The notes under the pieces: model-generated | The model's input: the letters and a program-made list of their open reading frames with translations, nothing else | Database searches by the model: none | Told to the model about the DNA's origin: nothing | Translations under genes and position numbers: made by a program | Shown here: one piece after another, positions 9,474 through 18,103 of the stretch | How the letters are laid out: the number at the start of each line of letters is the position of its first letter | Numbering within the stretch: the first letter of the stretch is position 1 | DNA from: a virus | Lineage: Duplodnaviria > Heunggongvirae > Uroviricota > Caudoviricetes | Strand: one strand, 5' to 3' | Virus record (IMG/VR): IMGVR_UViG_3300023184_005353 | DNA length: 38,611 bases

Positions 9474-10067
9474 ATGTCAAATGAAGTCATTGTTGCGTTT
9501 ATTACGGGCGTTTTAGGCCCAATTTTAATTGTTGTTGTAAACAAATTAGTTAATAATAAGAAAAAACCAGATATTGTTAAAGACACTTTAAAAGAAAGTG
9601 AATTAGTAATGACAAGATTAGAAAACATTAAAGAAGAGTTTAAAGCCGACAGAGTTTGGATTACACAATTTCATAATGGTGGTAATTATTATCCCACAGG
9701 AAAATCAATGGCTAAGTTCAGTCTTATTTATGAAGTTGTTGGTGCAGGAATTACTTCAGTCCAATCTAATTTTCAAAATATTCCCGTAAATTTATTTAGT
9801 AGAGCAATAAATCAATTATTAGAACATAACATAATAGAAATACCTGATTTTAAAGATGAAACTATTGCGACTTACGGATTAAAATATATTGCAGAAGATA
9901 CTGGATGTAAATCAGGATATTTGTTTTCAATAAAATCATTAGATGATAAATTTGTTGGAACTTTAGGAATTGATTTCACAAAAAGAAAAACAAAGTTAGA
10001 TATTGAATCTGTTACCAGTCTTTATTATCAAGCAGCAACTTTGGGTGGAGTATTAATGGGTAAATAA
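9474..10067 (+). CDS. Single-TM protein with GAF-like C-terminal domain (putative T4 T-type holin)
   Basis: N-terminal hydrophobic helix; ADRVWITQFHNGG...LFSIKSLDDKFVGTLGIDF resembles a GAF pattern. Confidence 0.45.
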   Translation: MSNEVIVAFITGVLGPILIVVVNKLVNNKKKPDIVKDTLKESELVMTRLENIKEEFKADRVWITQFHNGGNYYPTGKSMAKFSLIYEVVGAGITSVQSNFQNIPVNLFSRAINQLLEHNIIEIPDFKDETIATYGLKYIAEDTGCKSGYLFSIKSLDDKFVGTLGIDFTKRKTKLDIESVTSLYYQAATLGGVLMGK

Positions 10068-10068
10068 T

Positions 10069-10353
10069 TTAAACATCCCACCTTACCATACTTTTAATTG
10101 AATATTCAGGGAAAAAATATACTAATGCGTCTTGTATTAGAACATCAGCTAATTCTCTATCCATAAATTCCTCATTAATAGTATCTCCTAAAATAATAAC
10201 CGCCTCAATGAGAAGACATTTGTCTTTTAAACTATCAGAAATAGAGTGAATCTTAATTTTGGTTCCTTTACCATACATTTCTTCAACAGCATATCCTTTA
10301 AATTCGTTAAGATACACTTCTATATGACGAAAAAGTCTTTTTTTCGGTTCCAT
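10069..10353 (-). CDS. Hypothetical protein
   Basis: 94-aa ORF convergent with the previous gene. Confidence 0.7.
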   Translation of the reverse strand: MEPKKRLFRHIEVYLNEFKGYAVEEMYGKGTKIKIHSISDSLKDKCLLIEAVIILGDTINEEFMDRELADVLIQDALVYFFPEYSIKSMVRWDV

Positions 10354-10400
10354 ATTAGAAATATAAGTTGAAATTAAAAATTATCTACTACCACCATAAA

Positions 10401-10529
10401 TTATTTTCCCTGTCCCTTATATAATTTTGGTCTAGGTGTATGCTTATTAAATGATTTTTTTGCAACACCTTCTTTCTTTTTCCCGAAATTGATTTTTGTT
10501 GCGTCTGATGAACCCTTTGCTTTTGCCAT
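10401..10529 (-). CDS. Small basic peptide (42 aa, not in ORF track)
   Basis: MAKAKGSSDATKINFGKKKEGVAKKSFNKHTPRPKLYKGQGK*; minus-strand TATTTAT at 10544-10550. Confidence 0.7.
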   Translation of the reverse strand: MAKAKGSSDATKINFGKKKEGVAKKSFNKHTPRPKLYKGQGK

Positions 10530-10566
10530 ATTGATTTTTTAAAATAAATACCATATATTTATTAAT

Positions 10567-10869
10567 ATGTTTATAAGTGAAGAAGAAAAAAAAGAAATTT
10601 TATCAAAATACGATGGAAATACTTCAAATGAACTTCTAACTCATTTAAAAAGAGTATATCCCGTAACAACTCAAAAGTATGAATGGATGAATACGCCAAT
10701 TAAATTCATACAAATTGGTGATAAAACAAAATTATTAACAGGAAATAAAAAATTAATGGTTAATAAAATTACCTCAATTGAGGAAGATGATTGGAAAAGT
10801 CTTGATACATCAGTAATTAGAAGAACAATAAAGAAATTTTTAGATTCATATTTAATAGATTCGGAATAA
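10567..10869 (+). CDS. Hypothetical protein with ISEEEKKEIL leader
   Basis: TATTTAT at 10556-10562. Confidence 0.75.
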   Translation: MFISEEEKKEILSKYDGNTSNELLTHLKRVYPVTTQKYEWMNTPIKFIQIGDKTKLLTGNKKLMVNKITSIEEDDWKSLDTSVIRRTIKKFLDSYLIDSE

Positions 10870-10892
10870 TATTATAAGTTCTTATATAATTT

Positions 10893-10968
10893 GGTAGTGG
10901 TAGCTCAGTTTGGCAGAGCATCGTTTGGTAACATTCGTGTGCCGGAGGTTCGATTCCTCCCCCTATCA
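10893..10968 (+). pseudogene. Degenerate tRNA (possibly Thr-GGT derived)
   Basis: Intact D arm GCTC-AGTTTGGCA-GAGC and T arm GGAGG-TTCGATT-CCTCC. Acceptor stem pairs only with a bulge and the anticodon stem does not pair around TTGGTAA. Confidence 0.7.
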
Positions 10969-11224
10969 CAGGATGGAGGTTTTTTTTATAATGTTTTAAT
11001 CACACATTTTTTGCATTTTGACCTCCCTCGAAGAGAAAAAAAATAAAAAGCAAATACAAAAAGATTACAGGTATATAGGTTTGATATTCCTTTCCTCACC
11101 AGTAAAGAAGAAAAATTATTGTGTTTTTTCGGCATTCAAACTAAAAATAAAATGGGGGTTCATCCGACTTCACGGGTTTTATTCACCTGCCAAAAAAGAA
11201 TTAAAAAAACCTTGACGAAAGGGT

Positions 11225-11251
11225 AAAGGGAATCGACGGATTCCCTTTTTT
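11225..11251 (+). terminator. Intrinsic terminator
   Basis: AAAGGGAATC-GACG-GATTCCCTTT plus T run. Confidence 0.75.
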
Positions 11252-11283
11252 GTGCTATTTATATATAAGTAAATTACCAACTT

Positions 11284-11562
11284 ATGGACGGATTTTTAAG
11301 TGCTATCAGAAGTTTATTCTCGGATGAAAATGGTGTAGTTTCTATGAAACGTCTTTGTGGATTATTATGTACACTAACACTTTGTGCAGTATTATATCAA
11401 AATTGTTTTACAGAAAAACCTGTTATACCATCAATTCCATTGGTTGACTCAGTGGCTCTATTGGCTTTCGGTTGTTTAGGATTATCTTCAGTTGATAAAA
11501 TTTGGGGAAAAAGAAGAACAACAAATGAAGAAGAAGAACCACCAGTACCACCAGCAGAATAA
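11284..11562 (+). CDS. Two-TM holin-like membrane protein
   Basis: SD.NG.VSMKR followed by two hydrophobic helices and a charged tail. Confidence 0.55.
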   Translation: MDGFLSAIRSLFSDENGVVSMKRLCGLLCTLTLCAVLYQNCFTEKPVIPSIPLVDSVALLAFGCLGLSSVDKIWGKRRTTNEEEEPPVPPAE

Positions 11563-11571
11563 AAAAGCTAG

Positions 11572-11599
11572 CCCCACTTAATTAAGAGTGGGGTTTTTT
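11572..11599 (+). terminator. Intrinsic terminator
   Basis: CCCCACT...AGTGGGG plus T6. Confidence 0.8.
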
Positions 11600-11632
11600 A
11601 TTAAATTAATATATTTATATATAAAAAATAAT

Positions 11633-12205
11633 ATGGCAAAAATAGTAAGATTAACTGAATCTGATTTAACAAGATTGGTTAGACTCATTATCAACGAACA
11701 ACCTGAAGATGATGATGAATCAGAACCATGCATACATTGCGCTGGAAGGGGTTATGATTATGATAACGACCAAGAATGTGAATGGTGTGATGGTACCGGG
11801 GTTTATGATGAAATAGATATTTATAAAGATGATGTTTATCCAAAAACAAAATGGTCTTATTCTAAAAATATAGATGAGGAAAGCGAAGAAGGTGATGATG
11901 ATGGATTATTTCCTGACTGGTATATGAAAACACTTGAAGAATGGGAAGATGAGGCTAACATCAGAAAGGAATTTGGAACAGGTAAGAAACCATCATTTTG
12001 TTTTGGTAGCAAGGCCAAATTAAATACCTTTACAAATAAAATTTTACACCAAGAGGGAAAGACAGGTAGTGATGGTGCATTTAAGCAATTACAAAAATTC
12101 ATAAAAATGACTGACAATCCAAAAAAGAAAAGATTCTACCAAAGATTAAGAGCATTGTTTTATGAGTGTGATTATTTTGACCCTAAAGAACGAGTAGAAA
12201 AATAA
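11633..12205 (+). CDS. Protein with RLTESDL leader and DnaJ-type Zn finger
   Basis: ATG 11633 after TATTTAT (11612-11618); MAKIVRLTESDLTRLVRLIINEQ; CIHCAGRG...CEWCDGTG. Confidence 0.8.
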   Translation: MAKIVRLTESDLTRLVRLIINEQPEDDDESEPCIHCAGRGYDYDNDQECEWCDGTGVYDEIDIYKDDVYPKTKWSYSKNIDEESEEGDDDGLFPDWYMKTLEEWEDEANIRKEFGTGKKPSFCFGSKAKLNTFTNKILHQEGKTGSDGAFKQLQKFIKMTDNPKKKRFYQRLRALFYECDYFDPKERVEK

Positions 12206-12207
12206 CT

Positions 12208-12241
12208 AAATCCCCCACTTCAAAAGAGGTGGGGGTTTTTT
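12208..12241 (+). terminator. Intrinsic terminator
   Basis: CCCCCAC...GTGGGGG plus T run. Confidence 0.8.
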
Positions 12242-12266
12242 ATTTTTACATAGTATTTATAGAAAT

Positions 12267-13529
12267 ATGAAAAAAATTATTAGGTTAAGTGAATCTGAGT
12301 TAGTATCTTTGGTGAAAAGAACCATTATGGAAGATAATAAAGATGACTATTCAATTCAAAGTGACATAATCACTTATCAAGGAAATAATAAGGATATATT
12401 AAAATTACAACAAATTTTAAGAGTTGGAGAGTTGACACCGGAACAATTATCTTTAGCGAAAGAAATCTTAATTAAAGAAAAAAAAACACAACAAACAAAT
12501 AAAATCACTTGGGATTTACTTTTCAATAGTAAAGAACTAAAAAAACAAATCATAAAAAAAGGTGAATCTTTGTATCGTGAAATAAAAGATAGTGATGACA
12601 AAAAAATTTTATTCAAAACTAACGATTACGAGTTTAATTTCCCAAGTGATGAATGGGTTGAATTAAATAAAGAATCATTAAAAACGTTCAAAAAACTTTT
12701 ATCTCCCGAATCATTAAAAAAGACACTAAAAAAAGAATTTCCTAGTTATAATTCTCAGACAAAAGAAGAAGTTCATATTTTCACAATAGAAGCGTGGATT
12801 GATGGTCTAATAAGAGCGTTGGATAATAAATCACCTTATTTCACATCTCTTCTAAAGAAGGATAAAGAAAAGTATACTTGGACAATATTACCTAAATTAG
12901 ATACTAATTGGTCGAATTGGACTAAATGGATTATTAGTCTTGATTCCGTAGGTAAACTTGGTAATGGAGCTTATAGTGAAAAAATTGATAATTTTTTTGA
13001 AGAAAAACCAATCGAACAAGTTGTGGATTCAAGTGATATTCAAACTATTGAACATATAGAAAAAATTGAGGAGGAATATAATGTAAAATTTACCAAACTA
13101 AGTTTTGCTGAATATAAGTGGTTAAAAGATGCTTTGAATGGTTATAAACAAACTATCCAAACTATTTCAAAATCTACTGATGCCGGTAATTTAGAGGAAG
13201 AAAATTTTATTGGTCAGTTAAAAATTTATTCAAACTATCTTAATCCCGAATGGAAAATTACAGGAGATATTGTTAATTTCTCCTCACCTGGTAATCAGGT
13301 TGATATGTTTTTTGGTGTTGATATGATTATTAAACTTATAAATTCTAAAGGTGATATTAAAATTGTTCCTGTCCAAGTTAAATCAAATGAATCATCCGCC
13401 AAAAATGCTTTAATAAGGAAGTTGGATATTGGAGGTATTTCTGTTTTTAGAGATGATAATGACTGGTATTATTTTGATTATGGTAGTAAAAAGAAATCAT
13501 TTGAAAAAGAGTTTTTGAAAATTAAGTAA
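12267..13529 (+). CDS. Protein with RLSESEL leader and possible C-terminal PD-(D/E)xK nuclease-like domain
   Basis: VDMFFGVDMII...IVPVQVKS resembles a PD-(D/E/Q)xK active-site pattern. Confidence 0.5.
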   Translation: MKKIIRLSESELVSLVKRTIMEDNKDDYSIQSDIITYQGNNKDILKLQQILRVGELTPEQLSLAKEILIKEKKTQQTNKITWDLLFNSKELKKQIIKKGESLYREIKDSDDKKILFKTNDYEFNFPSDEWVELNKESLKTFKKLLSPESLKKTLKKEFPSYNSQTKEEVHIFTIEAWIDGLIRALDNKSPYFTSLLKKDKEKYTWTILPKLDTNWSNWTKWIISLDSVGKLGNGAYSEKIDNFFEEKPIEQVVDSSDIQTIEHIEKIEEEYNVKFTKLSFAEYKWLKDALNGYKQTIQTISKSTDAGNLEEENFIGQLKIYSNYLNPEWKITGDIVNFSSPGNQVDMFFGVDMIIKLINSKGDIKIVPVQVKSNESSAKNALIRKLDIGGISVFRDDNDWYYFDYGSKKKSFEKEFLKIK

Positions 13530-13544
13530 GATAACTTATCTTTG
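13514..13544 (+). promoter_or_regulatory. Bacteroidota sigma-A promoter
   Basis: TTTG (13514-13517), 19 nt, TATCTTTG (13537-13544). Confidence 0.75.
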
Positions 13545-13550
13545 TATTCT

Positions 13551-13784
13551 ATGGCAACATCAAAAACCCCATTAAAAGAAGAGAAACCCACCAAATTTGA
13601 ACGCATTTATGAAGATGATGAATGTATCTCAATATGGAGATACGACCTAAAAAAGACTAAGAATGGACCTGTGGAGGTAGAATATAGGTGGAAACGTTCA
13701 TATAACCCGTGGAATCAGAAAAAAATGACTATTTCTGAAATAATCAAACAAGAAAAAAAGGAGAAGAGACTAAAGTCTTCTTAA
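13551..13784 (+). CDS. Hypothetical protein
   Basis: ATG 6 nt after the promoter -7 box (MATSKTPLKEE...). Confidence 0.7.
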   Translation: MATSKTPLKEEKPTKFERIYEDDECISIWRYDLKKTKNGPVEVEYRWKRSYNPWNQKKMTISEIIKQEKKEKRLKSS

Positions 13785-14375
13785 CTTATCATCAATTAAC
13801 CCCCTTAATTCAAGGAGGGTTTTTTTATTTAAAGACTCTATTATTTTATTTTTATTAGTTGATTCTGTAACCTCTTCAATTTCTCTAACATCATTAAACT
13901 TATAGTCGTCTACTTCCTGATTATCATAATCAATGTCTACCATCTTACCATCATACATATCCCAGTTACCATCTTCTCTTGATTGTCTCATAGAATCGTG
14001 AACCCAATCTTTATCATATGCCGTCCAAGTATCTTCAAAGTGTTCAACAAAGGTACAATGACCCCACATCTGATATTCAACTTTATATTTTTTTGCCATA
14101 GGAATGACAAGTTGCTCATACAATGATTTATCTTTTGTTTCAAAAATCTTTGCAAGTAAGTTATCATTAATGTGTATTAATTTAGAAAAAAATTGAACAT
14201 CTTCATCAGATACTCGTATACTAAAATACTTTGCAATATTTTCAAGTGCATTATAATTTGAATCATAATCATAATCATATGGATTATCTTTTTCAAATCC
14301 TGTATCAATTAATTTTTTACAAATTAATATCAATTGTTTTCTTGATAATTGTAAAAAAGAACTTTGGTCTGCCAT
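13770..14375 (-). CDS. Hypothetical acidic protein
   Basis: Minus-strand TATTTAT at 14380-14386; 201-aa ORF. Confidence 0.75.
   Translation of the reverse strand: MADQSSFLQLSRKQLILICKKLIDTGFEKDNPYDYDYDSNYNALENIAKYFSIRVSDEDVQFFSKLIHINDNLLAKIFETKDKSLYEQLVIPMAKKYKVEYQMWGHCTFVEHFEDTWTAYDKDWVHDSMRQSREDGNWDMYDGKMVDIDYDNQEVDDYKFNDVREIEEVTESTNKNKIIESLNKKTLLELRGLIDDKLRRL
13798..13826 (+). terminator. Intrinsic terminator lying within the 3' end of the opposite-strand gene
   Basis: AACCC-CCTT...AAGGAGGGTT plus T run. Confidence 0.6.
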
Positions 14376-14403
14376 AGTGATAAATATAAAAAAAAGGTGA
14401 AAT

Positions 14404-14820
14404 TTACTTCACCTTTTCTACATTTTTTTTATAACTATCAAAAACCCCCAAAATATTTTCTTTCCCAACAGGATTCATTGAATGAACATAATACATTGGC
14501 AATGGTAATCCGTTTTCCGCACAATAACCACATAACCATTTTGCACAATCATATCCGGTTTTTTCTTTAAAGGTTTCATATTGTTTATTATATGCGAACC
14601 CACCATCATACATTGATTGAGAATAATGTTCATCTGCCAAATCATGGTCAAATGAAATTAAATCAGGAACTCCCAAATTTGTAATATAACCAACAAAGTC
14701 ATCATAAGTTCTTACAATATCCCAGTTGTCGTCCTCATACATATACCTTAAATCTCTTGGTTTCATATATGATACGCAATCGTGAGGTGTTCTTATATCA
14801 TCAAGGAAAAGTCTTTTCAT
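14404..14820 (-). CDS. Cyclic-phosphate-processing receiver (cREC-like) domain protein
   Basis: LFLDDIRTP, ISFDHDL, KTGYDCAKWL and VHSMNPVG motifs. Confidence 0.8.
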   Translation of the reverse strand: MKRLFLDDIRTPHDCVSYMKPRDLRYMYEDDNWDIVRTYDDFVGYITNLGVPDLISFDHDLADEHYSQSMYDGGFAYNKQYETFKEKTGYDCAKWLCGYCAENGLPLPMYYVHSMNPVGKENILGVFDSYKKNVEKVK

Positions 14821-15029
14821 TTTATTTTTTTTATTCTGTCTATTGTTCCGTTAGCCCAATGCTCAACTATCCATCCTTCTTCATCCAAATAAATCTTTGG
14901 TAATCCATTTCCCCAAGTATCTTTTTCAACTTGTTTTCTAAAGGCTTCTTTGAATTCTTTTGATTCAAAAGCTTCTTTAACTTTATTATTATTTTCTATA
15001 TTGTTCCAAGATTTTTTATCATTTTCCAT
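14817..15029 (-). CDS. Hypothetical protein
   Basis: ORF immediately downstream of a canonical promoter. Confidence 0.7.
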   Translation of the reverse strand: MENDKKSWNNIENNNKVKEAFESKEFKEAFRKQVEKDTWGNGLPKIYLDEEGWIVEHWANGTIDRIKKIK

Positions 15030-15033
15030 ATCA

Positions 15034-15064
15034 CAAAGATAGTTAATTTTTAATTAAAAACAAA
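15034..15064 (-). promoter_or_regulatory. Bacteroidota sigma-A promoter
   Basis: Minus strand: TTTG (15061-15064), 19 nt, TATCTTTG (15034-15041). Confidence 0.75.
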
Positions 15065-15287
15065 TTCTACTTCCAGTGACTGAATTAAACCAAGTATATT
15101 CATCCACAACAACATCCATAACATATCCGCTATACATTCTAATGGGTAGCCAATATCTTGAACCCCAAGTTGTATATTCAACATATCCTGGGCCAACAAC
15201 TTGTCCACATTGTGAATAATATGGTGGTTCAACATAACAAGAGGATAAAGAAACTAATAATACTAATACTAATAAAAACTTTTTCAT
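15054..15287 (-). CDS. Small lipoprotein
   Basis: MKKFLLVLVLLVSLSSC lipobox. Confidence 0.75.
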   Translation of the reverse strand: MKKFLLVLVLLVSLSSCYVEPPYYSQCGQVVGPGYVEYTTWGSRYWLPIRMYSGYVMDVVVDEYTWFNSVTGSRICF

Positions 15288-15292
15288 ATAAT

Positions 15293-15991
15293 TTAATTTT
15301 TAACGCAACGAACTGATAGTCCATAAAATCTTATAGTATGTCCTAAATATAATTTATCCAATGATGCATTTGTCATTGGTTGGCTAAAAATAGTTGCATC
15401 ACCGCCAATACATTTCCAAGTCCAATTAGAACAAGCGTTATTAACCCAAACTGAATCTGAAGTCCAATATTCTGATAATTCACCTATTAGAACAGATGCA
15501 CCAGCATCACCTCGTCCACCACCTGATAATGATTTAAATCCACAACCATCAGTTCCCATATCTTTTAATTTAAGTCCTGATGTAGAATCTCCACCCAAAT
15601 AATTTGATAATGTGTGCCAATCGGAATCTGAACCAACCCTCCAACCTTCAGGTGATAATCCTCTTGGGTCTCCAACTGCATACCAATTATATAGTTTACC
15701 ATAAGTTTTACCTAATGTAGAATCATTGTTATAATAACACCAAGCACCTGTTGTTAGAGTTGCCCATACAGAATCATTTGTAATGTGAGGAATAATATCT
15801 CCGTTCCTGTATCTATTAACATCAAGATTTTGTGCCGCCCAAATCTGACTTCCAATTGATGTTGTTGGATATGAGTTGCCGTTAATATCCACCATATCCG
15901 AGTTATTAACCCTATCAACATTTTTTTGACAACTATAAAGCAAAATAGTTGTTGTTATAACGATTATTGTTTTTCTGAAATTACTTATCAT
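15293..15991 (-). CDS. FISUMP (Fibrobacter succinogenes major paralogous) domain lipoprotein
   Basis: LLYSC lipobox; DINGNSY...IGSQIWAAQNL, YGKLYNWYAV, GLSPEGWRV and C-terminal GLSVRCVKN. Confidence 0.85.
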   Translation of the reverse strand: MISNFRKTIIVITTTILLYSCQKNVDRVNNSDMVDINGNSYPTTSIGSQIWAAQNLDVNRYRNGDIIPHITNDSVWATLTTGAWCYYNNDSTLGKTYGKLYNWYAVGDPRGLSPEGWRVGSDSDWHTLSNYLGGDSTSGLKLKDMGTDGCGFKSLSGGGRGDAGASVLIGELSEYWTSDSVWVNNACSNWTWKCIGGDATIFSQPMTNASLDKLYLGHTIRFYGLSVRCVKN

Positions 15992-16013
15992 AATATTTTA
16001 ATTTTTAATTTAT

Positions 16014-16163
16014 CTATATTAACATCCAAAGTAATATGGTTGCGATTCCTAATGTCATTAAAAGTACTTTAGTGTTAATCCATAAATCTTCTAATCTTCT
16101 TGATTCTTTAGGGTGTAATTTATACCCTTGGAGATAGTGCGTAATAGCTTTTAATGTCTTCAT
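16014..16163 (-). CDS. Small membrane protein (49 aa, not in ORF track)
   Basis: MKTLKAITHYLQGYKLHPKESRRLEDLWINTKVLLMTLGIATILLWMLI*; TATTTTTG box upstream at 16188-16195. Confidence 0.6.
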   Translation of the reverse strand: MKTLKAITHYLQGYKLHPKESRRLEDLWINTKVLLMTLGIATILLWMLI

Positions 16164-16214
16164 TTTTTTTATTTTTTCTTTGTTTTACAAAAATAAACTA
16201 AAAAATTCAATAAA

Positions 16215-17084
16215 TCAATTTTTTATTTTCTGAGGTTCTAATAATTTAAAAAATTGGTCTAGCTGTGGTAGAATGATAATCCTTGTTCTTCTATTAACCC
16301 CTCTATTTTCATCACTAATGTTAGGTAATAGAGGTTTATATTCACTACGTCCTGCGGCAATCATATTTGCGGGGTTAAGTCCGTATTGATATTGTAATAT
16401 TCTAACAACTGATGTTGCCCTTTTAACACTTAAATCCCAATTATCCATTAACATCCCATTATTATATTGAATATTATCTGTATGTCCTTCAACCATAAAG
16501 TCAACATTTGGTTGATTCTTAAGGACTAGTGCTACTTTACCCAAAACATCTTTTGCCTCTTCCGTTACACTATATTTTCCTGTTTTAAACAATAACTTAT
16601 CTGAAATATCAATATAAACAACGCTACCTTCAACTTTAATGTTGATATCGGTATCATTTAAATTTCCAATAACACCTTTAAGGTTCATAACCAAAGTTAA
16701 ATTTATTGAATCTTTGCGAGCCATCTGTTGTTGTAAAGTTTGAATATAATTGTCTTTACCTCCGATATTATCCAAAGATTTTTTAATACTTTCCGCTTGT
16801 TGGGTTGATATTACTGAAAGTTGTTGCAATTGTTTTAAAGTTTGATTGTTATTTTCTTTCAAATAATCAATTTGTTTGTTTAACCCAATAATATCATCTG
16901 ACAACTTATCGTTGGTGAATTTTAAATCATTCTTTTCTCCACTACAACCCCTTAATTCTTTTTGTAGATAAATAAAGGAAGAATTTAACTCTGTATACTT
17001 ACCATTTAATGTTTTGAATTTTTTACTACTGACACAAGAGAATAATGATATTGTTAGTAAAAAAATAATAATTTTTGTTTTCAT
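16215..17084 (-). CDS. OmpA/MotB-family lipoprotein, Bacteroidota type
   Basis: LFSCVS lipobox, coiled coil, VEGHTDN, NWDLSVKRATSVVRIL and NRRTRIII. Confidence 0.9.
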   Translation of the reverse strand: MKTKIIIFLLTISLFSCVSSKKFKTLNGKYTELNSSFIYLQKELRGCSGEKNDLKFTNDKLSDDIIGLNKQIDYLKENNNQTLKQLQQLSVISTQQAESIKKSLDNIGGKDNYIQTLQQQMARKDSINLTLVMNLKGVIGNLNDTDINIKVEGSVVYIDISDKLLFKTGKYSVTEEAKDVLGKVALVLKNQPNVDFMVEGHTDNIQYNNGMLMDNWDLSVKRATSVVRILQYQYGLNPANMIAAGRSEYKPLLPNISDENRGVNRRTRIIILPQLDQFFKLLEPQKIKN

Positions 17085-17098
17085 AATTTGTCTTTAAT

Positions 17099-17779
17099 TT
17101 AAATATACTCTATTTCTTTTGTTTCGGTATCAAAATCAATAACAACTGGTTTATTTTCGTGTTCATATCTTTCGTTAAGAACTGAGGCATTGATAAATTC
17201 AACATCATTAAAACTTTTTTGTCCGTAAGCCCAGTGAATGTGCCCACAACAATGAATTTTTGGTTGAACTTCCATAATTCTGTTGAATAAATCTTCATCT
17301 CCAACCATTTGTCCACCTATGGTGTGGTCTAACATTCTAAATGCCGGACCATGAGTGATAAGAATATCAGTATTAACGGGTATTTTAGACCACTTTTCTG
17401 CAAGTTTTTCACCTCTTGGAAGATTAAACGCCCAATCATAAAATACAGGTTGCCAAGGACTACCATAAAATTTTATTCCATCAATTTCAACACTACTATC
17501 AAAAAGGTAATGAACCCCTTTTTCAATATATTCAGGTGCAATTGTTGTTGCATATTCAAACCCAAAATCGTGATTTCCTGCGATAAACACCTTGTGAGTA
17601 AATGGCGTATTACTGAACCAATCAAGAAATTCCTTGATTTCGTGGGTTCTCCCCATATTACTTACATCCCCGCAGTGAACTATAATATCTCCCTCTCCAA
17701 GAATGTTTCCCATACCCTTACTTGTTAGGTATTCGTGTTTTCCGTGAGTATCACTTATGAATGTTATTTTCTTTTTCAT
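17099..17779 (-). CDS. Calcineurin-like metallophosphoesterase
   Basis: SDTHG, HCGD, IAGNHD, LITHGP and GHIH motifs; ATG 17779 sits after a canonical promoter. Confidence 0.9.
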   Translation of the reverse strand: MKKKITFISDTHGKHEYLTSKGMGNILGEGDIIVHCGDVSNMGRTHEIKEFLDWFSNTPFTHKVFIAGNHDFGFEYATTIAPEYIEKGVHYLFDSSVEIDGIKFYGSPWQPVFYDWAFNLPRGEKLAEKWSKIPVNTDILITHGPAFRMLDHTIGGQMVGDEDLFNRIMEVQPKIHCCGHIHWAYGQKSFNDVEFINASVLNERYEHENKPVVIDFDTETKEIEYI

Positions 17780-17783
17780 ACCA

Positions 17784-17815
17784 CAAAGATATTTATTTTT
17801 TATGAAACTATCAAA
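17784..17815. promoter_or_regulatory. Overlapping divergent promoters (host type on minus, TATTTAT on plus)
   Basis: Minus: TTTG (17812-17815), 20 nt, TATCTTTG (17784-17791). Plus: TATTTAT at 17790-17796. Confidence 0.7.
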
Positions 17816-17945
17816 TTTTTTTGAGGACGATAAAATAGAGTGTTCTAACTGCGATTGGAGTTGGGATGTTGACGATACTAAACCTGAAGATAAGTATGTT
17901 TGCCACAATTGTGGACACGACAATACTGAAGAATATCAGGACTAA
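17802..17945 (+). CDS. Small Zn-ribbon protein (47 aa)
   Basis: CSNC...CHNCG; ATG 17802 after TATTTAT. Confidence 0.65.
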   Translation: MKLSNFFEDDKIECSNCDWSWDVDDTKPEDKYVCHNCGHDNTEEYQD

Positions 17946-18085
17946 TTCTTTGTATCTTCATTTTCATTTAAAAAATCATCTCCTTTATAATCAGGATTTT
18001 CGGTTATCATTTTATCAATACCTATAACCCATAACAAAGATACCACAAAAACAATTATAAATTCCATTAAATATACTCTCCACAT
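17942..18085 (-). CDS. Small single-TM protein (47 aa, not in ORF track)
   Basis: MWRVYLMEFIIVFVVSLLWVIGIDKM...EDTKN*. Confidence 0.6.
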   Translation of the reverse strand: MWRVYLMEFIIVFVVSLLWVIGIDKMITENPDYKGDDFLNENEDTKN

Positions 18086-18103
18086 AAAAATAAGTTTTAA
18101 ATT

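Noticed and set aside
10944-11175. Permuted (two-piece) tmRNA: T arm first, then GGGGGTTCATCCGACTTCACGGG resembling a tmRNA 5' end
   Set aside because: The 3' acceptor strand CCCTATC cannot pair with GGGGGTT, and no tag ORF or pseudoknots are evident.
11018-11215. 65-aa ORF in the intergenic region
   Set aside because: Low-complexity A/T runs and no promoter or recognisable motif; probably spurious. The region's function is unresolved.
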